Part shown: positions 27,530-37,223 of the stretch, piece after piece
How the letters are laid out: each line of letters opens with the position of its first letter
How positions within the stretch are numbered: the stretch's first letter is position 1
Made by a program: the position numbers and the translations under genes
Origin: an uncultured Oscillospiraceae bacterium
Lineage (GTDB): Bacteria > Bacillota > Clostridia > Oscillospirales > Oscillospiraceae
Length of the DNA: 41,224 bases
Reading direction: 5' to 3'
Assembly: GCA_900769995.1 (NCBI GenBank)
Contig: CAAGIT010000161.1
Location: 1-41,224 of the forward strand
The notes under the pieces: model-generated
The model's database searches: none
What the model was told of the DNA's origin: nothing
Seen by the model: the letters and a program-made list of their open reading frames with translations, nothing else

Positions 27530-27650
27530 AGTGAACAGTGAATGACAAATTGGGAACAGCGAACAAGTGATGTGTGCGCTCCGCACATGTTTTATATTCG
27601 TCTGCAAAGCGGATACATTCGTTATTCACCCTTCACCGTTCACTTTTCTC
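27530..27650. repeat. Small heptamer-ended palindromic element flanked by a TGGACAA direct repeat
   Basis: AGTGAACAGTGAATGAC...GTTATTCACCCTTCACCGTTCACT form inverted arms. TGGACAA occurs at 27523-27529 and 27651-27657. Confidence 0.55.
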
Positions 27651-27673
27651 TGGACAAGATGTCCGTGTCCTTT

Positions 27674-27778
27674 CTCCCGCAAAACATATTCCTCTGCCGC
27701 GGCGGTATAACCGGTCGGGCTGTCGATCGCCAATAATTCCACGGTCTTTTCCACCGCAAAGTTTACATAATTCTCCAT
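27674..27778 (-). pseudogene. Truncated duplicate of the first 35 codons of the M42 peptidase gene
   Basis: 103/105 nt identical to 26897-27001; the frame runs into unrelated sequence and stops at 27626. Confidence 0.9.
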
Positions 27779-27856
27779 GTCGTATTCCGTCCTTCCTATG
27801 GTAATAGCGAAATTCGAGGTCTGTTCTCCCATTATAACACATCGCACGAAAAAATC

Positions 27857-27904
27857 ATAGCAAAAACCGCAAGTCGACGGAAAGTGACCTGCGGTTTTTG
27901 CTAT
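27857..27904 (-). terminator. Terminator of thrS
   Basis: ATAGCAAAAACCGCA/TGCGGTTTTTGCTAT stem. Confidence 0.8.
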
Positions 27905-27911
27905 TTTTTAA

Positions 27912-29702
27912 TCACTTCTTGGACTTTGTTGCGATCTCCATCAGGCACTTTGCCATGAATTCCTCGGGGGTCATCGCGCCGAGATCCTCACCGCCGCGGG
28001 TGCGGACGGAAACCGTGCCGTTTTCGATGTCGCGGTCGCCGACGACCAGCATATACGGGATCTTCTGAAGCTGTGCTTCGCGGATCTTGTAGCCGAGCTT
28101 TTCACTGCGGTAGTCGCCCTCGGAGCGGATACCGGCGGCCTCAAGCTTTTCGACCAGCGCCTTCGTATAGTCGTGGGCGCGGTCGGTGATGGGCAGCACC
28201 TTCACCTGCGTCGGCATCATCCACAGCGGCAGAGCGCCGGCATACTTTTCAATCAGGTAAGCCAGCGTGCGCTCGTAGCAGCCGAGGCTGGTGCGGTGGA
28301 TGATATACGGACGGCGCTTTTTGCCGTCGACATCCGTGTATTCCATGTCAAACTGCTCCGCCAAAAGCTGATCGACCTGGATGGTGACAATGGTATCCTC
28401 CTTGCCGAACACGTTCTTATACTGAATGTCGAGCTTCGGGCCGTAGAAGGCTGCCTCGCCGATACCGATGGTGTAGTTCACGCCGAGGTCATCGAGGATC
28501 TTACCCATGATGGACTGTGCCTCATCCCACTGCTCCGGTGTGCCGATATACTTTTCCCTGTTGTTCGGATCCCACTGCGAGAAGCGGAAGGTGCAGTCCT
28601 CAAGCATACCAACCGTGTCCAGAGCATATTTTGCCAGCTCCAGGCAGCCCTTAAATTCCTCCTCCAACTGCTCCGGACGGAGGATGAGGTGACCCTCGGA
28701 GATGGTGAACTGGCGCACACGGATCAAGCCGTGCATTTCGCCGGAGTCCTCGTTGCGGAACAGGGTGGACGTCTCGCCCAGACGCATCGGCAGATCGCGG
28801 TAGCTGCGCGCACGGTTCAGGAAGACCTGATACTGGAACGGGCACGTCATCGGACGCAGGGCAAAGCACTCCTTGCCGTCCTCATCGGGGTCGCCCATGA
28901 CGAACATACCCTCGCGGTAGTGATCCCAGTGACCGGAGATCTTGTAAAGGTCGCTCTTTGCCATAAGCGGGGTCTTGGTCAGAAGGTAGCCGCGCTTCTG
29001 CTCCTCGTCCTCGATCCAGCGCTGGAGGAGCTGGATGACGCGTGCGCCCTTCGGCAAAAGGATCGGCAGACCCTGACCGATGGTTTCAACAGTGGTGAAG
29101 AATTCCAGCTCACGACCCAGCTTGTTATGGTCGCGCTTGCGTGCTTCCTCCTGCTTTTGCAGGTATTCTTCCAGCTCGTCCTTGGTCGGGAAGGCGACAC
29201 CGTAGATTCTTTGCAGCATTTTACGCTTGCTGTCGCCGCGCCAGTAAGCACCGCAGCACTGCGTGAGCTTAAAGCCGTTGTGCTTGATGCGTCCGGTGTG
29301 ATCCAGATGCGGGCCGGCACAGAGATCCGTAAATTCGCCCTGCGTATAGAATGAAATCACGGCATCCTCGGGCAGATCGTTGATCAGCTCGACCTTGTAA
29401 GGCTCGCCGAGGGATTCCATATAGGCGACGGCCTCCGCACGCGGCTTCTCACTGCGTTCCAGACGCAGACGTTCCTTGCAGATCTTCTTCATCTCGGCCT
29501 CGATCGCGTCAATGTGCTCCTGCGTAAAGGAAAAGTCGGAATCAAAGTCGTAGTAGAAGCCGTTGTCGATCGACGGGCCGATGGCAAGCTTGACCTGCGG
29601 ATACAGGCGCTTGACCGCCTGCGCCATGACATGAGAGCAGGTGTGCCAATAGGTTTTGCGATAGCTTTCGTTTTCAAAGGTGTACAGATTTTCTTCGGAC
29701 AT
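27912..29702 (-). CDS. thrS: Threonyl-tRNA synthetase (no N-terminal TGS domain)
   Basis: HTCSH, DLCAGPH, RDHNKLG, RPMTCP, FYGPKLD and IIHR motifs. AAGGAGG RBS before ATG 29702. Confidence 0.98.
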   Translation of the reverse strand: MSEENLYTFENESYRKTYWHTCSHVMAQAVKRLYPQVKLAIGPSIDNGFYYDFDSDFSFTQEHIDAIEAEMKKICKERLRLERSEKPRAEAVAYMESLGEPYKVELINDLPEDAVISFYTQGEFTDLCAGPHLDHTGRIKHNGFKLTQCCGAYWRGDSKRKMLQRIYGVAFPTKDELEEYLQKQEEARKRDHNKLGRELEFFTTVETIGQGLPILLPKGARVIQLLQRWIEDEEQKRGYLLTKTPLMAKSDLYKISGHWDHYREGMFVMGDPDEDGKECFALRPMTCPFQYQVFLNRARSYRDLPMRLGETSTLFRNEDSGEMHGLIRVRQFTISEGHLILRPEQLEEEFKGCLELAKYALDTVGMLEDCTFRFSQWDPNNREKYIGTPEQWDEAQSIMGKILDDLGVNYTIGIGEAAFYGPKLDIQYKNVFGKEDTIVTIQVDQLLAEQFDMEYTDVDGKKRRPYIIHRTSLGCYERTLAYLIEKYAGALPLWMMPTQVKVLPITDRAHDYTKALVEKLEAAGIRSEGDYRSEKLGYKIREAQLQKIPYMLVVGDRDIENGTVSVRTRGGEDLGAMTPEEFMAKCLMEIATKSKK

Positions 29703-29735
29703 GGTATTTCCTCCTTCGTTAATGAGGGGTAATAA

Positions 29736-29995
29736 ACAAAAAATCACCCCTGAATGATTCAGGGGTGAGAAATGAACATCCCACGGTTCCACCCTGCTTG
29801 CAGTGTCCGGCCGAAAAAAGTGCTTTCTTACGGAAACTGCCGCTCGTTTGCGCGGTAACGGACGCCACCGTTTTTGCCTACTGAATTCAGCAAAACAGCT
29901 CGGAAGTGGTTCGGGCTCAAGGTTCTGCGGGAGCTTGCACCAACCGCTCCTTCTCTGTGCAGATTACCGCTGAGCTTTTTCTTCGTCAAAGCCTT
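29736..29995 (-). promoter_or_regulatory. T-box riboswitch with Thr specifier ACC
   Basis: T-box AAGCAGGGTGGAACCGTGG (29781-29799), terminator TCACCCCTGA/TCAGGGGTGA plus U run, AGAGA and GGUG loop motifs, and GAACC specifier with ACC at 29910-29908. Confidence 0.92.
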
Positions 29996-30035
29996 TGATC
30001 CTATGAAAAGAAGCGTTTTTTGCTTCTTCCCACAC

Positions 30036-30064
30036 AATATAGCACTTTTTTATGCGGTTGTCAA
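30036..30064 (-). promoter_or_regulatory. SigA promoter of thrS
   Basis: TTGACA-17 nt-TATATT with an extended TG. Confidence 0.7.
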
Positions 30065-30218
30065 TCGGTTTCTTATTATGGCGATTATGTTAACTAATTT
30101 GTAACCTTTCCACAAGATGTAGTGCGTATTTTATGCCATTGCCGTCTATATTGTTCAAAATCCCTGTTTACATAATTGCTCAAAAAGTTCCCGTTATTCC
30201 GCAAAAACAAGAAAAAGC

Positions 30219-30246
30219 TTGACAAATTCGAAAAAAATGTTATAAT
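30219..30246 (+). promoter_or_regulatory. SigA promoter of the G5/3D gene
   Basis: Perfect TTGACA and TG-n-TATAAT with a 16-nt spacer. Confidence 0.75.
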
Positions 30247-30319
30247 TGAAGCATCGTTACAATATAGTAACAATAGTTTCTGTTATGAAACCAACCACTA
30301 TGGAAAGGAGGATACTCTG

Positions 30320-31468
30320 ATGCACAGAACGAAAAAACAGAAAAATCGTCCGCGCAGTTGGCTGCGCCGAACGGTTGCTGTGGCCGCGATGGTGTCTATT
30401 GTGGCGCTCCTGCTGTCGCAGTCTGTTTTTGCACAGAACAGCTATGTCATCACCGATGGTGATAACGTAACGGTTCACCAGTCCTTCAGCACCGATCCGG
30501 ATGTAGTTTTGGATGAAGCGGGGATCGAGCTGAGCGAGGAGGATACCTACACCACGACCTATAACGAGGACGGTGTCGGCAACATCGACATCCAGCGGAT
30601 GCAGATGATCACCGTCACCTACCATGGCAGCCGCAGTGTGATCGGCACCTATGGCGAAACGATCGAAAGCCTGCTTACGCGTATGGATATCACGCTCGGC
30701 AAGAACGATGTGCTCTCCTGCAAGCGCGAAGCCCTGACCTATGACGGCATGGATGTCGAAATCATCGAACGCGTTGTTGAGATCACGGAGAATGACGTGA
30801 TCGTCCCCCATGAAACCAAGTATTTTGAAGATCCCGAATTGGATCCCGATGCCGAACTGGTACTGGTCGAGGGTGAAGACGGTGCCATTCATTACACCAC
30901 GCAGGTCATCTATGAAAACGGCAAGGAAGTCTCCCGCGAGGTCATCGACGAAGTCGTGCTGGCGGAGCCGACCACAAAGCTGGTCATCTGCGGCATAGAC
31001 CGCGCCATTACCGAGCAGCCCGACGAGCCGGATCATCTGGTGCAGAACAATGCGAACAGCACTTCGAGCGAAAGCACCACCGTGCCGAGCGAAAGCGGCG
31101 ACCAACCTCTGGCAGGCGGTTCCGGCACGGTTGGTAACGGCGTGATCACCACCTCTACCGGCACGACCTATACTTACACCGACGTTTTGACCGTCAGTGC
31201 AACGGCTTATTCCTGCGAGGGCTACACCGGCTATACCTACAGCGGTACGGTTGCCCGTGTCGGTGCCATCGCCGTTGACCCGAAGGTCATTCCGCTCGGA
31301 ACCAAGATGTACATCGTTTCCAACGACGGACAGTATGTCTATGGCTACTGTGTCGCTGAGGACATCGGCGGCGGTATCAAGGGCAATCGTGTCGATCTGT
31401 ATTTCGACACCTTCGACGAATGCTGGCAGTTCGGTGTCCGCACCTGCACGGTCTACATTCTCGGCTAA
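30320..31468 (+). CDS. YabE-like cell-wall protein (DUF348, G5 and 3D domains)
   Basis: N-terminal signal/TM helix, G5-like EGEDG...YENGKEVSR, and 3D domain ATAY...IAVDPKVIPLGT...AEDIGGGIKGNRVDLYF. AAGGAGG RBS. Confidence 0.88.
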   Translation: MHRTKKQKNRPRSWLRRTVAVAAMVSIVALLLSQSVFAQNSYVITDGDNVTVHQSFSTDPDVVLDEAGIELSEEDTYTTTYNEDGVGNIDIQRMQMITVTYHGSRSVIGTYGETIESLLTRMDITLGKNDVLSCKREALTYDGMDVEIIERVVEITENDVIVPHETKYFEDPELDPDAELVLVEGEDGAIHYTTQVIYENGKEVSREVIDEVVLAEPTTKLVICGIDRAITEQPDEPDHLVQNNANSTSSESTTVPSESGDQPLAGGSGTVGNGVITTSTGTTYTYTDVLTVSATAYSCEGYTGYTYSGTVARVGAIAVDPKVIPLGTKMYIVSNDGQYVYGYCVAEDIGGGIKGNRVDLYFDTFDECWQFGVRTCTVYILG

Positions 31469-31477
31469 TAACACAAA

Positions 31478-31516
31478 CTGAGGGAGCACGTTTCTCCGGA
31501 AACGTGCTCCCTTAGT
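31478..31516. terminator. Hairpin between convergent genes
   Basis: AGGGAGCACGTTT/AAACGTGCTCCCT stem. Confidence 0.75.
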
Positions 31517-31530
31517 CTGTCACTTGTTTT

Positions 31531-32454
31531 TCAGAAGAGGGTAATTGCAAGGTCGATGATACAGCCGGTGAGGACGCTCAGTCCGTACAGCACACCGATG
31601 ATCGCAAAATTTTCCTTGTGGTTTTTGTTCGCGCGCAGAAGGACGAGCAGACCGATGCCGGCGTTCGCCAGCAGAGCGGAAAACAGTCCGCCCAGACCGA
31701 ACACACCGCTCAAATACGACTCGGTGACGACGACCGAGACGGAGCAGTTCGGGATCAGCCCGAACAGGCCCAGGATCGCCGAGCCGATGACGGGCTGGTT
31801 GAGCACGGAGCCGGAGAGCCGCTCCACACCGATAAAGGCAAACAGAAGGTTCAACGCAAAATTGACCAAAATCAGCATAATTGCGATTTTGACCGTGTGC
31901 CGCAGTGCGGAGAGGAAAATATTGCCTTCCTCCTCGTCGCAGGAGCAGTGCTCACGCTCACAGAAGCTGTGGATGTCTTTGGGACTGCGGACGAAACGGC
32001 GAAGGATCAGGTCGGCAAGATAGCCCAAAACGATGCCGGCTGCTGCCTTTGAAAGGATGATCAAGAGAATGGTGCGGAATTGGAGATTGCCCTCACCGAG
32101 CGAGGAGAGCATGATGGGCAGCATCTCGTCGGAGGTGGCAAAAAAGACCGCAAGCATTGTGCCAACAGTGATCGAGCCGGTAGAGAACAGGGTAGCGGCA
32201 GCACCGGAAATGCCGCATTGCGGCACAACACCGAGCAGACCGCCGAGTGCAGGGCCTGCCTTGCGGGAGTAGCCGTGCAGGATGGTTTCGTTGAAACGGC
32301 GGCTGCGCTCGAGCGCCTCCATCAGCAGATATGCCAAAAACAGAATCGGAAGGCTCCACAGACCGTCTTTCAGTCCGTCGAGAGCAGCCTCGCCAACGGT
32401 GGCCCAAAAGCCCTCGTGCGAGCCGTGTGCGGCGTGGAGAAACAGTGATGTCAA
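31531..32454 (-). CDS. Putative metal (Mn/As-type) permease
   Basis: Two repeats with PQCG and PNCS, TSDE, and a His/Cys-rich loop HSFCEREHCSC. Likely TTG start at 32454 after AAGGAG. Confidence 0.65.
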   Translation of the reverse strand: MTSLFLHAAHGSHEGFWATVGEAALDGLKDGLWSLPILFLAYLLMEALERSRRFNETILHGYSRKAGPALGGLLGVVPQCGISGAAATLFSTGSITVGTMLAVFFATSDEMLPIMLSSLGEGNLQFRTILLIILSKAAAGIVLGYLADLILRRFVRSPKDIHSFCEREHCSCDEEEGNIFLSALRHTVKIAIMLILVNFALNLLFAFIGVERLSGSVLNQPVIGSAILGLFGLIPNCSVSVVVTESYLSGVFGLGGLFSALLANAGIGLLVLLRANKNHKENFAIIGVLYGLSVLTGCIIDLAITLF

Positions 32455-32542
32455 GTCCAGAAACTCCTTTGAAATCAAATGTGGCTCAAATTATAGCAGA
32501 GAAGTCGCGTCATTGCAAATGGTTTCTTTGCAAATCCCGATT

Positions 32543-33559
32543 TTATTCGGTCAGCAGAGGACGCAGAACCGCCTGACCCTCAAAACGGGTGTCGCGCGAG
32601 TTGGTGAGGAACACAAGCTCCGCGATGGATCCCGTCTTGCCATAAAGCTGACTGTAGCGGTCAACCTGTGTGGCGTCCACGTTCGGGATATACAAGCGGC
32701 CCTTGCAGGCGGCAACGGGGAAGTCTGCTTCGGTGGTCGAGAAGGAGACCATGGTGCCGCTGCCCGCCAAAGCGTCGGTCAAGGCTGCGGCAGAGGCTTG
32801 CAGAATTTCTTCGATCGATTGCTCGGAGTGATAGACGATATTCGTGCTGTCGGGGAAGCGGAAGTCAGAGAATACGACCTCGCGGATGCCCAGCTCGGAA
32901 AGCTCACGCCCGATTTGCGTCAGGCGGGTCATGACCGCTTCGCTTGCGGGGTCGAGCCAGTAGCAGCCGTTTTCATCCAGCCACAGAGCACCGCTGGACA
33001 GCGGCAAGCCGCACGGAATATTCTCCAGTGCAAAGGCGCTGTCGGGGAATGCGGGGACCACGGCGATGACATAGAATTTTTGACTGACCAAATACGAGAT
33101 CAGATCATCGATCGCGCCGGTATCCACATCGGCCAGCGGTGCATCGCTGAGCGACGAGGAATAGTAGAAATTGCCGTAAATGCTCTTCAGCTCCAGTATG
33201 ATCGCGCCCGGATTTTCAATTTTCTGCACCGCCTGAAGCACGGCAGCCGGATCGCGCAGCATGGAGGTTGTGACATAGTAGCCGCCGATGTCCGCAAGGA
33301 GCTGCGTGTCGGGCGCGATCTGGTCATAGATGATCTGCCCGTCATTCACGGACGGTCGGGCAGCAAGCTCTGCCTGCTCCGCGTTTTGCTTTTCACCGGC
33401 GGCAAAGTCCAACTGTGCGCCGGTGCGTTCATAGACCATGTACGGCTCAATGTAGATCAGCACGACGATGCTGACAACCAGTGCGATCGCCAAGAGGATC
33501 AGAGCAATGCGCAGAAGTTTTTTTAACAGCAGACGGTTACGGTAAGAGATGCGCAGCAA
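32543..33559 (-). CDS. Membrane-anchored putative glycoside hydrolase-like (DUF4015-like) protein
   Basis: N-terminal TM helix; ILELKSIYG, WLDP and GIREVVFSDFRFP resemble DUF4015 TIM barrels. TTG start after GGGAGG. Confidence 0.55.
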   Translation of the reverse strand: MLRISYRNRLLLKKLLRIALILLAIALVVSIVVLIYIEPYMVYERTGAQLDFAAGEKQNAEQAELAARPSVNDGQIIYDQIAPDTQLLADIGGYYVTTSMLRDPAAVLQAVQKIENPGAIILELKSIYGNFYYSSSLSDAPLADVDTGAIDDLISYLVSQKFYVIAVVPAFPDSAFALENIPCGLPLSSGALWLDENGCYWLDPASEAVMTRLTQIGRELSELGIREVVFSDFRFPDSTNIVYHSEQSIEEILQASAAALTDALAGSGTMVSFSTTEADFPVAACKGRLYIPNVDATQVDRYSQLYGKTGSIAELVFLTNSRDTRFEGQAVLRPLLTE

Positions 33560-33583
33560 AGCGGATCCTCCCTTCAAAAAGAA

Positions 33584-34546
33584 TTATTTTGCCAGCAGAC
33601 AGCACCATTCTTCTGTCTGACGGCGGTCGATGACGCGCAGACCTGCCTGTTCGATCGCGTCACGCACCTCTGCTTCACGTTCGAGCAGAATGCCGGAGCA
33701 CAGGAATACGGCATTTGGGCGCAGAAACTGCGGAACGATCGGCATTAACCGCACAAGGACACCGGCAACGATGTTTGCACAGACGATGTCGTAGCCGCCT
33801 ACAGACAGCTCGCGCATTAGGGCTTCGTCCTCGATCACGTTGCCCGTACGGGCGGTAAAGCGGTTAGCATCAAAGCCGTTGCGCAAGGCGTTTTCTGCTG
33901 CAATATGCTCCGCTGCGGGATCAATATCCACACCGACAGCACTGCCCGCACCCAACCGCAGTGCACAGATCGACAAAATGCCGCTGCCGCTGCCGAGATC
34001 CGCCACACGCTCACCGCCCTTGACCAAGCCCTCTAGGGCGCACATACACATTCTTGTCGAATCGTGCTGCCCCGTGCCGAAGGTCAAGCCGAGATCCAGA
34101 ATGATCGGCAGACGGTCGGTTTGCTCATCAAACGTCATCCACTGCGGCACGACCAAAAACCGTTCACCCACGGGGAACGGTCGATAATTCTGCTTCCACG
34201 AGTTTTCCCAGTCCTCATCGGGCACGGACTCCAGCGCGATCGTCAGCGCACCAAAATCGCACGCGGGATAGCGGGCAGGTAAGTCCGCCAGCAATTCACG
34301 CAGTGCGTTTAGCTGTTCCTGCGCGGTTTCCTCGTCCAGATACAGCCGCACCTGAGAAAGTCCCTGCATCTTTTGCGTCAGGCTTTCATCCACATAGTCC
34401 CAGTAATCGCGGGAGCAGTCGAGAAATTCCTGAAATTCCGTATCATCATCCACCGCAAAGCTGTCAAAGCCGGCATCGGTCAGCTCTGCGCACAGCAGCT
34501 CCAGACCCGCGGATGCGGTTCGGATGGTCAGTTCTACCCATTGCAT
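33584..34546 (-). CDS. prmA: Ribosomal protein L11 methyltransferase
   Basis: EDWENSWK, FGTGQH, DLGSGSGILSI, ANI and SGIL motifs. Confidence 0.95.
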   Translation of the reverse strand: MQWVELTIRTASAGLELLCAELTDAGFDSFAVDDDTEFQEFLDCSRDYWDYVDESLTQKMQGLSQVRLYLDEETAQEQLNALRELLADLPARYPACDFGALTIALESVPDEDWENSWKQNYRPFPVGERFLVVPQWMTFDEQTDRLPIILDLGLTFGTGQHDSTRMCMCALEGLVKGGERVADLGSGSGILSICALRLGAGSAVGVDIDPAAEHIAAENALRNGFDANRFTARTGNVIEDEALMRELSVGGYDIVCANIVAGVLVRLMPIVPQFLRPNAVFLCSGILLEREAEVRDAIEQAGLRVIDRRQTEEWCCLLAK

Positions 34547-34678
34547 AGGAGGTCGCCTCATTTCCGTGTTTTCTCTATTCTACAGGATTCCGGCGAGAAT
34601 GACAAGCATTATTTATTTTGCTCTTTTATTTTTCTGTTTCATCGTGTATAATAAGGTGAATAGGAAGGATGGAAGCAC

Positions 34679-35944
34679 ATGACAACAAATATTACCCTTG
34701 CTCCGAATGTGACTTTGCGGGCAATTCAGACCGATAAATTCAAAACCGCCTGTTTCAGTGTCAATTTGATCCGTCCGCATACGCGTGAAAGTGCGGCGGC
34801 TGATGCCCTGTTGATGAGCGTTCTTCTGCGTGCGACGGAGAAGTATCCCGATATTCTGAGCATTTCCGAGCATATGGACACCCTGTACGGCGCAAGCTTC
34901 GGCACTTTGGTGCGCCGAAAGGGTGAAATCAAGCTCATCGGCTTTTACGCCGATTTTATCGAGGATGATTTTATCCCCGAGAATATGCAGCTTTTGCCCG
35001 CGATGGTTGATTTTTTGGAGGAAACCCTCTATCATCCGCTGACCGAGAACGGTGTATTTACCGCCCGTGCGGTGGAGGGTGAGAAGCAGAATCTCGTCAA
35101 CGCCATCGAATCGAATCTGAACGACAAGCGCACCTATGCCGTGACGCGGTTGCTGCAGACGATGTGTGCGGAGGAGGCATACGGTGTGCCGCGTTTGGGC
35201 ATGGTGGAGGATGTTGCGCGCATCACGCCGGAATCCCTTTGGGCGCACTATCGGGAGGTCTTGCGCACCTCGGGGATCGAGATCTACTATTCCGGACGCA
35301 AAACACCCGAACAGGCTGCGGCGGAATTTGCACGCGTTTTAGCGCCGCACGCACCGGGGTATGCCGTCCCCGCAGCAACACAGATCATCCGCGAAGCCGG
35401 GGAAGTGCGCGAGCTGCGCGAAAAGATGGATGTCACACAGGGCAAGCTGGTGCTTGGTCTGCGCACGGGCATCACCAAAACGGACGAGGATTTTCCCGCA
35501 CTCCAGCTTCTCAATGCGGTCTACGGCGCGGGTGTGACAAGCAAGCTGTTTGTCAACGTGCGCGAAAAGCGCTCTTTGTGCTATTATGCAAGCTCGTCGA
35601 TCGACAAATACAAGGGTGTGATGCTGGTTTCCTCGGGTATTTCCTCTGAAAACTATGAGGTAGCAAAGACGGCGATCCTGCAGGAGCTGGAGGATTGCAA
35701 AAACGGCCTGATTTCCGATGAAGAATTGGAATCCGCACGCCGTCAGGTCCTTTCGGCACTCCGTGCGGCGATGGATATGCCGACGCGGCTGGATGATTTT
35801 TATTGCGGCATGGCGGTTTCCGGCGGCGATGATCTGCCGGTTCTGATGCAGAAAATCACCAGGGTCACGCGTGAGGAGGTCAGCCGCGCGGCACGGAAGC
35901 TGACGCTCGACACCATTTATTTCTTGGAGGGGACAGAGCAGTGA
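34679..35944 (+). CDS. M16 peptidase-like protein lacking HxxEH (YmfF-like)
   Basis: TDKFKT and SKLFVNVREKRSLCYY motifs; no HxxEH; paired with the downstream M16 gene. Confidence 0.85.
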   Translation: MTTNITLAPNVTLRAIQTDKFKTACFSVNLIRPHTRESAAADALLMSVLLRATEKYPDILSISEHMDTLYGASFGTLVRRKGEIKLIGFYADFIEDDFIPENMQLLPAMVDFLEETLYHPLTENGVFTARAVEGEKQNLVNAIESNLNDKRTYAVTRLLQTMCAEEAYGVPRLGMVEDVARITPESLWAHYREVLRTSGIEIYYSGRKTPEQAAAEFARVLAPHAPGYAVPAATQIIREAGEVRELREKMDVTQGKLVLGLRTGITKTDEDFPALQLLNAVYGAGVTSKLFVNVREKRSLCYYASSSIDKYKGVMLVSSGISSENYEVAKTAILQELEDCKNGLISDEELESARRQVLSALRAAMDMPTRLDDFYCGMAVSGGDDLPVLMQKITRVTREEVSRAARKLTLDTIYFLEGTEQ

Positions 35945-37221
35945 ACTATTTGGACTATCCCAAGCTGGGCGAGGCGTATTTTGAGCATTGCCTGCCGAAC
36001 GGACTGCGTATCCGCGTGATACCGAAGAAGGATTTTGCCCGCAAGCACGCCTTTCTCGCCGTGGATTTCGGCTCGATTGATACAAAGTTTACCCTTGACG
36101 GCAGGGAATACCGCGTTCCTGACGGCATCGCCCATTATTTGGAGCACAAAATGTTCGATCTGCCGCGGGACAACGCCATGAACCTTTTTGCGGAGGTCGG
36201 CGGCAGTCCTAACGCCTTTACCAGCTACTCGATGACCGCGTATTATGTGTCCTGCACGGAGAATTTTGAAGAAAATCTGCGGATTCTGCTGGAAATGGTC
36301 ATGACGCCGTATTTTACGCCCGAGAGCGTGGAAAAGGAGCGCGGCATCATCGCGCAGGAGATCCGAATGTACGAGGACAGTGCGGAGTCGCGTGTGTCAG
36401 AAGATCTGTTCGGCGCACTGTTTGCCGAGCATCCGGTGCGTGTGCCGATCGCGGGTACGGTGGAGAGTATCGGAGAGATCACCTCGGAGATGCTCTATGC
36501 CTGCCATGCGGCTTTTTACCGCCCATCCAATATGATGCTCTGTGTTGCCGGTGATGTCGATCCGAATCGCGTGGCAGAGCTGGCTGCACAGTGGTGTGCA
36601 GAGGCTACGCCGATCAATCCCGTGCGTGACTACGGCAGGCCTGAGACGATGCTCCCCGCGAAAACCCGCAGCGAATGTGAAATGGAGATTTCGATGCCGA
36701 CATTTTCCATCGGCTGTAAATGTGAGCCTCCGGCAGCGGGCATGGATGCCATGCGCCGGGAGATCATCGGTGATTTGGCGGCGGAGCTGCTGGTAGGCGA
36801 ATCCTCGCCGCTCTATCTGCGGCTGTATGAGGACGGCTTGATCGACAGCGCGTTTTCCGCGGGCTATGAGAGCGTCAAGGATGCCTGTGCGGTCACGGCA
36901 GGCGGCGACAGCCGCGACCCCGATGCGGTGCTGGCAGCGCTGCTGGAGGAAGCGGAGCGTGTCGGCCGTGAGGGCTTTGACGAGGCACGGTTTGAACGTT
37001 TGAAGCGTTCAGAGATCGGAAGGCGAATGCGTGGGCTTGACAGCTTCGAAGGAATCTGTTATCGTAATTGCGCCTACCATTTTGACGGCGTGGACTATTA
37101 CCGCTTCCCGGATGCCTATGCATCGGTCACGGCGGAGGATGTAAAACGGTTCATTGCCGAAACATTCCAACCGGAGCGGATGGCAATGTCCGTCGTTTAT
37201 CCGAAGAAACAGGAGGAATAA
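35941..37221 (+). CDS. M16 zinc peptidase (YmfH-like)
   Basis: GIAHYLEHKMF, NAFTS and EKERGII.QEI motifs; GTGA overlap with the upstream gene. Confidence 0.9.
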   Translation: MNYLDYPKLGEAYFEHCLPNGLRIRVIPKKDFARKHAFLAVDFGSIDTKFTLDGREYRVPDGIAHYLEHKMFDLPRDNAMNLFAEVGGSPNAFTSYSMTAYYVSCTENFEENLRILLEMVMTPYFTPESVEKERGIIAQEIRMYEDSAESRVSEDLFGALFAEHPVRVPIAGTVESIGEITSEMLYACHAAFYRPSNMMLCVAGDVDPNRVAELAAQWCAEATPINPVRDYGRPETMLPAKTRSECEMEISMPTFSIGCKCEPPAAGMDAMRREIIGDLAAELLVGESSPLYLRLYEDGLIDSAFSAGYESVKDACAVTAGGDSRDPDAVLAALLEEAERVGREGFDEARFERLKRSEIGRRMRGLDSFEGICYRNCAYHFDGVDYYRFPDAYASVTAEDVKRFIAETFQPERMAMSVVYPKKQEE

Positions 37222-37223
37222 CC

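Noticed and set aside
30088..30105. Second WalR-like box TGTTAA-N6-TGTAAC
   Set aside because: Spacer is 6 nt rather than 5 and it lies far from the promoter; weak on its own.
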